Positions 1 to 7,468 of a DNA stretch of 27,863 bases are shown here, piece by piece. Both the position numbers and the translations under genes were made by a program. The DNA is taken from the IMG/VR virus record IMGVR_UViG_3300029822_000864, positions 1 to 27,863 of that record. One strand, written 5' to 3'. The stretch comes from a virus. Lineage: Duplodnaviria; Caudoviricetes. Every line of letters begins with the position of its first letter. Positions within the stretch are counted from its first letter, which is position 1. The notes under the pieces are model-generated. The model saw only the letters and a list, made by a program, of their open reading frames with translations, was not told where the DNA came from and made no database searches.

Positions 1-1
1 C

Positions 2-97
2 AGCCTTTTGTGCAGGGATGCCGCATTCCGCGTATATATTTAACAATAGGTCAAAGGCATAAACCAAAATATGTCCGCTGCCCATGCAGGGGTCTAA
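2..97 (-). pseudogene. pglX: 3' part of a PglX-like (BREX type 1) adenine methyltransferase, starting at motif I and running off the left edge; apparently split by the element
   Basis: Manual translation of the minus strand 97->2 gives [32 protein letters not shown], matching the [15 protein letters not shown]-x-L-x-x-IY pattern I recognise from PglX. In-frame sequence upstream of ~100 is not PglX-like. Missing from the ORF track because its stop lies outside the window. Confidence 0.72.
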
Positions 98-368
98 CAA
101 GACGTAATCTTTGATACAAGGACGTGATGTGCATGAAGGGCGTGAAAAGCCCGTAACTGTGCGGTTTCTTCGTCTGCTGCCGTTTCTGGCGAGAATTGTC
201 CGGTCGCGAAAAACGGTCTGATTCATCTGTTTTCCTGCTGCCATCACGGGCTTTGTCACCTCCTTCGAGAAACCCCTTATGCAATCCTTGAAAGGTTCAG
301 TGTGAAATTAAAATGTTCTGTCTATCCTTGAAATGTACAAGGTTATCATTGAACGGTTCAGTCAGACT

Positions 369-1265
369 TCACTGATCATCATTGATGATGTCATAGAATG
401 TGAATTCGTCTATGATGTCTATATCCTGCCCCTCAAGTTTCAGTTTCTCGGCCTCCTTGTGTTTGGAGGATTTCTCTCCGTGAAGCACGGCGTTGTAGTC
501 GTTGTTTCCGAGGATGAGATAGTTCGTGTTCTTATTGACACTATTGTCAAGAATTCCTCCAAGGTTGACAACGGTCTGCATCGCATCCTTGCGCGCCATG
601 CGCTCAAGTTTTCCGGTGAATACTACATGCCGTCCATAGAAGAAACCGTCTTCATCAATGTCATCGGTTGTCGCGGTTATTGCTCCTATATCGATTCCCT
701 TGTGTCCGCTTGCATTTACCTGCCACAGATCCTTGATGCCCAGCCCTTTACGAACCATTTCGGTTTTCATCGCCTCATACAGTTCCTCCGTGGTAACGCA
801 GTCAGCAAGCGCACGATGTTCGTTATTCGTAAGGTGCAGATACTCTGACAAATCGGAGAGGCGGTGATGGGGCAAATCGGGATAAAGCTTCCGGGCGAAC
901 TGCATTGTATCCATGTACTCGTTTGCGATGTCCTCATGGAACCCCGCGGCGAGGAATCGGACATCGAACGAGGTGTTATGACCGACTATGATGTCACTTC
1001 CAAGAAATGCAAGGACATCGCTCTTGACATCTTCAATGGCTGGCTTGTCAGCCACCATTTCATTGGTGATTCCCGTCAGGCTGGTAATGAATCCATCTAT
1101 CTCATTTTCGGGTTTGATGAGCTGTTCGTAGCGGTCAGTTATCTCGCCGTTGCGCACTCTCAGGATTCCAATCTCAATCACTTCGTCATAGTAGGCGGAA
1201 AGGCCGGTAGTCTCCGTGTCGAGTACGCAGTAGTCCGACACAATCTTTTTAACATAATTACTCAT
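369..1265 (-). CDS. DEDDh (DnaQ/Pol III epsilon-like) 3'-5' exonuclease with C-terminal BRCT domain
   Basis: ExoI VLDTETTG, ExoII GHNTSFD, ExoIII HRALAD; BRCT-type VVFTGKL..MARKDA...GG...SVNKNTNYLILG; ATGA overlap with vsr. Confidence 0.9.
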   Translation of the reverse strand: MSNYVKKIVSDYCVLDTETTGLSAYYDEVIEIGILRVRNGEITDRYEQLIKPENEIDGFITSLTGITNEMVADKPAIEDVKSDVLAFLGSDIIVGHNTSFDVRFLAAGFHEDIANEYMDTMQFARKLYPDLPHHRLSDLSEYLHLTNNEHRALADCVTTEELYEAMKTEMVRKGLGIKDLWQVNASGHKGIDIGAITATTDDIDEDGFFYGRHVVFTGKLERMARKDAMQTVVNLGGILDNSVNKNTNYLILGNNDYNAVLHGEKSSKHKEAEKLKLEGQDIDIIDEFTFYDIINDDQ

Positions 1266-1696
1266 TTTTCTCCTTGAATCTCTCTGATCTGGCGCTCAAG
1301 TCTTTGCAGCCGTTCTTCGCGGTCGGCTTTTCTGGAAATCTCGCATTCCCAGACGACTATCACGTGCCAGCCGTCTGCCTTCAGCTGCTCCTGTACCTTC
1401 CTGTCCCTCGCAACATTCTGGTCGAACTTCTTCTGCCAGAAGTCGCGGTTCGTGGATGGCGTTGCCGCGTATCTGCATCCGGGATGCCTGTGCCAGAAAC
1501 AGCCGTGTACGAAAATCATCGTACGGTATTTCGGAAGAACGATGTCCGGCTTGCCGGGATATCGACTGTCGTTCTTGCGATACCTGTATCCTTTTGAGAA
1601 CAGGTACTTCCTGACGATCTCCTCCGGTTTTGTATCCTTTCCGCGTATATGCGACATGTTGAGATGCCGCTGTTCCCTTGTCAAAACGTCAGACAC
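1262..1696 (-). CDS. vsr: Very-short-patch repair endonuclease Vsr
   Basis: D.LT.EQR..NMS.IRGKDTKPE, PGKPDIV, IFVHGCFWH.H, W.VIVVWECE. Start placed at GTG 1696, with GGAGG 8 nt upstream, rather than ATG 1711. Confidence 0.93.
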   Translation of the reverse strand: MSDVLTREQRHLNMSHIRGKDTKPEEIVRKYLFSKGYRYRKNDSRYPGKPDIVLPKYRTMIFVHGCFWHRHPGCRYAATPSTNRDFWQKKFDQNVARDRKVQEQLKADGWHVIVVWECEISRKADREERLQRLERQIREIQGEK

Positions 1697-1714
1697 CGGC
1701 ATCACCTCCATGTG

Positions 1715-2374
1715 TCACACCTGTTTGAATATCTTCTTGAAAATAAGCTGCGTCATGACATCGTCAAGCTGTTTCGCCGTGTGCTCCGACTCAACCAATG
1801 CTCCGAGTTCAATGTTTCCCTGCTGACCGTGGTATGACAGATTCGCTGATGTTATCAGCGTCTGCTTCATGTCTACGGAGATGACCTTGGCATGCAGAGC
1901 GGCCATCTTGTCTTCCTCGTTGCTGTAGTCGTATATCTGGAGAAAGCGTCCCTTGTAGCGCAGAAGTTTGTCGACATCCGGCTGCTTCTCGATGTTGTTG
2001 ATGAAGAACTTGACGAACACGCCTCTCTGGCTCTTGTCGATGATGGTGTCCGTCAGCTCGGAGAAATACGAGGAAAGAGAGTATCCCGTTATCAGGATGT
2101 TCCTCCCGGCTCCTTCGAGCATGGACCGTACAACAGTCATAGTGGGCTTTGCGTCAATCCTGAATGATGGCGGAGCTGTCACGACAAGCGATACCTTGTC
2201 GGCAGTCTCCGTGTTCATGGCCGCCCTTATCGTTTCTGAGATTTCGTCACTTTCATCAGCTGATAACTCCGGATACTGTCTGCGCAGAATGTCAGCCGCG
2301 TTGTCAGTTCCATTGGCGGCGTCCGCCCTGATGGTGTTCAGCAGTATTTCTCTTTTTAAATCTCCACCTGACAC
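1715..2374 (-). CDS. drmC: DISARM DrmC-like phospholipase D family nuclease
   Basis: Single HKD motif LHAKVISVD...ITSANLS...NIELG; lies directly after drmB. Confidence 0.85.
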   Translation of the reverse strand: MSGGDLKREILLNTIRADAANGTDNAADILRRQYPELSADESDEISETIRAAMNTETADKVSLVVTAPPSFRIDAKPTMTVVRSMLEGAGRNILITGYSLSSYFSELTDTIIDKSQRGVFVKFFINNIEKQPDVDKLLRYKGRFLQIYDYSNEEDKMAALHAKVISVDMKQTLITSANLSYHGQQGNIELGALVESEHTAKQLDDVMTQLIFKKIFKQV

Positions 2375-4125
2375 AGATCGTTCACCAGCTCTCTGAAATA
2401 CGAGGTTTCCTCACGCCCGGCGAGAGGAACCACGAGTCCGCGGTCAAGCATGCGGTTTCCGTTTTCGCATGCGGTTTCTGATATCATGCAGCACGAATGG
2501 CATGCCGCCCCGTTGGAGTTCTTGCCGGCGGGGAGCGTGCTCATGCATTCCGGATCGTTCGTGCAGACGAGTGCTTCCTGGAAGGCGTCCCGCATCAACG
2601 TCTGCATCTGTTCCACTGTTCCAAGCTCGACAAGGCCGCCGAGAGAGCCTTCCTTGTCCGAGCTTCCCGTGTAGAGCAGAATGCCGGCCATCTTGTCTCC
2701 GAAGTAGATCCTCTCTCTGATTGCCGAGGAGGAGTAGCCCGATGACATGGCCATCTGTTTGATGAGGAGATGGGAGAACGTGTGCATGAGAACGTAAACC
2801 GCATCCCGGTCTGTCTTAATCGTCCACCCCTTTGATTCGCAGTATTCACGGTACGAAGCGACATACTTCTCCGAAATGCTCTTCACCTGCGGGTTGCTCA
2901 GCCATTCATCCAGCGTCTGCCGGTTGAACTCAATGAAGATTCCCTCGCCGTTGACTTCCACAGCGGGGAGCCATCGTTCGTCCTTGCCCTTTGTCAGATA
3001 GACGACATTCGGCTGGTCATCCGCATCCGGGTCAGGCGAATCAACCCTTGTGAATCCCAGAAGCACACGGACCTCACGCAGCCTTGTTATGCGGATGATC
3101 CGCTTGAAGTAGCGTTTGAAATAGTCGGGCAAATCGTCTTCTTCGGCCTTGAAATGCTTCTTGTTGGACTGGTAGGTCGGATCATCGTGATGCGTTATGG
3201 CTTCGTACTCCATCCGCTTGATTTCCGTGAATTCCTTGATGTTGTTCATGCGCCGCTCATAGGCTTCATCGAAGTCCTCACGGGAATACCTGGAAAAATA
3301 TTCTTCATAAATCTGTTGAAGACCATCTTCTTCGGTTTTTCCAAATCTGACCGCCATCTTCTTCGCCTGCTCGATATCGCGAAGGTGCTCGTCTATCAGG
3401 TTGTACAGCGGATTGATCCACGGCGGAATGGATATGGCGCTTCTTGTCACGGCGAAGTACACGTTCGAGGCGCCGCGCTGTGAGGGGATGACCGGCTTTT
3501 CACAATGCTCCGGTCGGCTGTTCGGTCGGAACGGGTGCGTGCCGCAGCATGACAGTCCTTCGAAATTCTGTGCCTGCGTTGCACCGCTCATGCTTCTCCT
3601 GGCACCGCAGGAGCATTCCACCCACATGTCCGACAGAGTGGACGTGTTTCCCGTTGAGTACATCCTCAGTCTGCCTTTGCAGTCAGTATCCCCGTGATGA
3701 ACCCACCATCTCCACGGGAAGTCAGACATGTGTCCGTTTTCGCAGATGGTGATGAAACGCGCCGGGTACGCCTTCCCTCCGCAGTCCGGGCAGGTCACTC
3801 CGTATTTGAGATACTTCTCCAGGTTGAATGATTCACTTGCGTCGAAAAGCCGTCCGCATTTGAGGTTTGAGCATACATGCCAGCGTGGGAAAGATTGCAC
3901 CGGTATGTCATGTGCAAAGGATGTTCTCGGCATGTAGAAGGCATCCACGTTCAGGTAGGAAGCAAGTCTGCCGTCTATGATCCTCATCCCTTTGTCTTTC
4001 CAGTAAGGAATGTCGAGAATGGTGACGGAATCCTTGACCGCATCCACAATGGAGCCGGGCCCGAAGGTCGTGATGATCTGGTTCGGACGAAGCTCGCCAA
4101 GTTTATTGTTGTCGTATCCAGCCAT
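2356..4125 (-). CDS. drmB: DISARM DrmB (DUF1998 domain helicase partner)
   Basis: GELRPNQIITTFGPGS N-terminus, Cys clusters, HTFSHLLI, EGSLGGL and C-terminal CTNDPEC..AACHSC.....ETACE. Start ATG 4125 with GGAGG RBS, giving 589 aa. Confidence 0.92.
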   Translation of the reverse strand: MAGYDNNKLGELRPNQIITTFGPGSIVDAVKDSVTILDIPYWKDKGMRIIDGRLASYLNVDAFYMPRTSFAHDIPVQSFPRWHVCSNLKCGRLFDASESFNLEKYLKYGVTCPDCGGKAYPARFITICENGHMSDFPWRWWVHHGDTDCKGRLRMYSTGNTSTLSDMWVECSCGARRSMSGATQAQNFEGLSCCGTHPFRPNSRPEHCEKPVIPSQRGASNVYFAVTRSAISIPPWINPLYNLIDEHLRDIEQAKKMAVRFGKTEEDGLQQIYEEYFSRYSREDFDEAYERRMNNIKEFTEIKRMEYEAITHHDDPTYQSNKKHFKAEEDDLPDYFKRYFKRIIRITRLREVRVLLGFTRVDSPDPDADDQPNVVYLTKGKDERWLPAVEVNGEGIFIEFNRQTLDEWLSNPQVKSISEKYVASYREYCESKGWTIKTDRDAVYVLMHTFSHLLIKQMAMSSGYSSSAIRERIYFGDKMAGILLYTGSSDKEGSLGGLVELGTVEQMQTLMRDAFQEALVCTNDPECMSTLPAGKNSNGAACHSCCMISETACENGNRMLDRGLVVPLAGREETSYFRELVNDLCQVEI

Positions 4126-4126
4126 A

Positions 4127-7100
4127 TTATTCCTCCGTGTCGTAGTAGTACATGTTTGCAGCGCTTTCAACGTCACGCATCGACCGCAGCGTAGGCTTCT
4201 CACTTTCAATATGAGGCTGCTCATACCCGTTCATGAGCCTGCTGTATTTCTCAGTGCCCACGACGTAGTAGCGGAGAGGTCTGCCCTGGGCTGACGTCGC
4301 CTGGAGTTTCCACCAGTCAATGAACTGGTCAATTTCGTCGTCGGCGTCTTTTCTTGCCGATGGTTTGACGATCTTTATCCGGTCAAGGATCATTACCTTC
4401 ACAGCATTGATCTGCTCAGGCGTCAGGGAACCTATCGCCGCCGCATCCTCATTGTTTGCCATTTCCGGATACAACAGTCTTATCGCAGAGATCACGAGGG
4501 CATGCAGCACGCGGTCGCGCGCTCTTGCGGAGAACGGCGTGGCTGTCGTTCCCTCCACAAAGCGATAGAGCTGGGAATGGTATCCCGTGAAGTTCTCGTA
4601 ATGCGAGAGATCTCGCGGCCGATATGCGTTGTACAGCGTCACCACCAGACCGGGATGCGCACGTCCTATACGGCTCGTCGCCTGAATGTACTCGGAGTTC
4701 TGCTTCGGCTGGCCGTCAACCACCATGAGCCCGAGCCGGTCCACATCCATGCCGACAGCAATCATGTTAGTGGCGACAGCTGTATCCAGACAGTCTCGGG
4801 ACGTGTATGGTACCTCGAGCTGACTGAGCTTCTCCGGTATCTGCCAGGATGGCATTCTTGAGGTGATCTCCACGTTATTGCCTGCATTAAGATAACGCTG
4901 TTTTGGATTCTCGTACTTCTTCCTGATCACATACATGCGCTTCGGAATATCGTCCTGGAGAAGCCTGACCGCGCCGCCAAGTTCACGGATACTGTTGAAG
5001 TATCCGATCAGGCTGTAATACGGATCTATGACGTCCTTCCACTCCTCCTGCTGAGACAGGTTATAGACGTCCTGCAGGATGATGGCGTAGGTTCTCAGGA
5101 GCGTGGTCTTCAGAGACTGACCAGGAGCGCAGATGCCGACATACTTTCTGAACGGTTCCTTTTCAACCGGAATCTCCCGTATGAAGAAGCTGTCACCGAT
5201 TTCAAATCCGTTCGGCGGAAACTGTGTCGTATTCTTTCTGGCATACAGGCTCTTTGCCTGGTTGTCTGCGTTCTTGATCGTCGCAGTGGAGACCACATAC
5301 TTCGGCTTGATGCCGTCGTGCGTACACATGTCCTCGATGATGGTTTCATACGCACCGTAGACGGTTCCGAGCGGCCCCGTGATCAGGTGCAGCTCATCCT
5401 GAATGATCAGCTCCGGTGGGAGGAACTTTTTCACCGGAGTAATAGTCGCTGCCTCCAAAGCAGCCGTCTTTCTGTGCTTCGGATGTTTCGCTCCGATTGC
5501 AATATAGCCGTCCCGGCTGCATTTACGGTCAACCCGGCCGAACAGGGTGTTCGTGTTCACATCCCACGGAAGCCTTGCGAACTTATCGACCGTTGACAGA
5601 ATGATAGTCGGGCACTTCGCGTAGATTTCCTCGTCTACAAGGTAGACCGGAATGGAAACACGTTCTCCCGGATTCTTGTATTTGTAGAACATGCAGTGTT
5701 CGTCCGAGCAGTGAATCTCCACTGATTTTTTATCCGTATCGATATCAAACTCATCTTTTGTGAGTGGTTTCCCGCAGAACGGACAGGTGAGGAGCTGCCT
5801 GTAAATCAGATTCCTCTGATTCCGTGCCTCGTAAGGCTTGTCCGGCTTCTCTACAAGGTCATCAAATCTGTTCGGAGTCACACCTCCGCCGACCCAGAAC
5901 CCGATGCTGATGGGCTCCGTGCCGTACTTCGGATAATTCTTCTGTCTTACAAGCTCGGCGGCTACTACCATTTTCGTGATGCGATCCCGCTGTTGTGTTG
6001 TCAGCAGGCGGAGCGTGTAGCGGAGGATAATGGTCACGCCTCCGTCGCGATTGTATTCATCAGATTCAGAGGCACGGAGTCGCCTGTTGGCGATTGTGAA
6101 TGCCATGAGTCCGAGGTAGGCTTCCGTCTTTCCGCCGCCGGTCGGGAAGTAGAGCAGGTCGACGATTTCCCGTTCCGGGTCTTCCGGATGCACGATTCCC
6201 TTCAAATTCATCAGGATGAACGCAATCTGGAACGGTCTCCAGGCGAACTCATTCTTCGGGTTCCTCGGATCAACAAAGTCCTTGAAGTTGCATTCGATTC
6301 CCTGCCCATGCTTCTTTGCGTAATTCTTGATGCTGTTCTGCATGTAGATTACGCTGTTCATGAAGCTGAACGCCTCGAAGGAGATGTCATCCGTCTCGAT
6401 GATGCTGATGCCTTCGCGGATTCTGCGAAGGGCATCCCTGCAGTGACCGATGACGGTGTTTCCGACCTTCTCTGCGAACTTCGGATCGCTCATTCTGGAA
6501 CTGCCGGCCAGAGTGTCATTAATCCACTTCTCGTACGAGTCAGCGAGAGTGTTCAGCTTCTGTATGGTTTCCGCTTTCTTACCCTTCGCTGCCATCTGCC
6601 AGGTTGAGAAATATGTGGGCGAGAAGCCTTTGAGTGCGGCACTGACGCCGGGATATTCGTATTCCGGGATGAAAGTGGCTTCCACATAATCCGTGCGTCC
6701 GTTTTCAGTCTTTCCCCATACGGCAGCGCAGCCTCTGCCGCGTCCCATGATCGGGCGCTGCTCGAAATACAACTCGTCAGCGGAGAGAACGTTCCTGCAG
6801 ATGTGCTCGGCGATGAATACGGCGGAATCGTCCTCTGCGTGTGCTTTGAGTCCGACCTGGAACATGAGTCCCTCGACGTCACTGGACGGATTGCTGCGCT
6901 TGTTCACGACATAGGCGGTGACGAGGGAGTATCCGTTCTTTAACGGAATCCTTGACACATGGACATGAACGTTCGAATCCTTTACGAGCGGGTAGTCCTT
7001 TGTGCGTCCGAAGTCGCTGAATTTCACATGGACGGTTTCGCTCTCGGGGATTCTCCTGTAGATTGGGCGACTGCGTTCCTTTTCTTCCTTGTCGATGTAC

Positions 7101-7468
7101 TTTTCAGATGACTTCTCATAGTCGCCCCATGTCACATCCAGGCAGATGCCGTCGAGACTGTTTTCCACGTAGAAGCTGATGCCGATGGATGACGGCAGCT
7201 GGAATTTAGTGGTGGATATCGGCTCGTTGTCGTCATCTTCGCCGGCTGTGAAGTCCTCGTTCTTTTCGTAGTCGATGTCAGCTTCGATTTCCTGCTCGTT
7301 CTCATCCGTCGCGTTCTCGTCGCGCTGTGGTTCGAGCATGCCGACAAGGTAGGCGTAACGCGGATTCTCGCTCAGCACTTCCTCGGTTTCGAGGGGACCG
7401 ATCAGGTCGGTTCTGATTGCATCTATGATTTTCTGCCGCACCTCGGCATACTTGGATTTGTCAGCCAT
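4127..7468 (-). CDS. drmA: DISARM DrmA SF2 helicase
   Basis: WRPFQ, FPTGGGKTEAY, RYTLRLLT.QQ, IQDELHL, YFNSIRELG, ATNMIAVGMDV, YIQATSRIGR; 1113 aa; adjacent to drmB. Confidence 0.93.
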   Translation of the reverse strand: MADKSKYAEVRQKIIDAIRTDLIGPLETEEVLSENPRYAYLVGMLEPQRDENATDENEQEIEADIDYEKNEDFTAGEDDDNEPISTTKFQLPSSIGISFYVENSLDGICLDVTWGDYEKSSEKYIDKEEKERSRPIYRRIPESETVHVKFSDFGRTKDYPLVKDSNVHVHVSRIPLKNGYSLVTAYVVNKRSNPSSDVEGLMFQVGLKAHAEDDSAVFIAEHICRNVLSADELYFEQRPIMGRGRGCAAVWGKTENGRTDYVEATFIPEYEYPGVSAALKGFSPTYFSTWQMAAKGKKAETIQKLNTLADSYEKWINDTLAGSSRMSDPKFAEKVGNTVIGHCRDALRRIREGISIIETDDISFEAFSFMNSVIYMQNSIKNYAKKHGQGIECNFKDFVDPRNPKNEFAWRPFQIAFILMNLKGIVHPEDPEREIVDLLYFPTGGGKTEAYLGLMAFTIANRRLRASESDEYNRDGGVTIILRYTLRLLTTQQRDRITKMVVAAELVRQKNYPKYGTEPISIGFWVGGGVTPNRFDDLVEKPDKPYEARNQRNLIYRQLLTCPFCGKPLTKDEFDIDTDKKSVEIHCSDEHCMFYKYKNPGERVSIPVYLVDEEIYAKCPTIILSTVDKFARLPWDVNTNTLFGRVDRKCSRDGYIAIGAKHPKHRKTAALEAATITPVKKFLPPELIIQDELHLITGPLGTVYGAYETIIEDMCTHDGIKPKYVVSTATIKNADNQAKSLYARKNTTQFPPNGFEIGDSFFIREIPVEKEPFRKYVGICAPGQSLKTTLLRTYAIILQDVYNLSQQEEWKDVIDPYYSLIGYFNSIRELGGAVRLLQDDIPKRMYVIRKKYENPKQRYLNAGNNVEITSRMPSWQIPEKLSQLEVPYTSRDCLDTAVATNMIAVGMDVDRLGLMVVDGQPKQNSEYIQATSRIGRAHPGLVVTLYNAYRPRDLSHYENFTGYHSQLYRFVEGTTATPFSARARDRVLHALVISAIRLLYPEMANNEDAAAIGSLTPEQINAVKVMILDRIKIVKPSARKDADDEIDQFIDWWKLQATSAQGRPLRYYVVGTEKYSRLMNGYEQPHIESEKPTLRSMRDVESAANMYYYDTEE

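Noticed and set aside
51-284. 77-aa minus-strand ORF
   Set aside because: No motifs; it crosses the inferred junction, and a different frame carries the PglX-like motif.
4126-4224. Extended drmB start at 4224
   Set aside because: It lies inside drmA; ATG 4125 has a GGAGG RBS and the conserved N-terminus.
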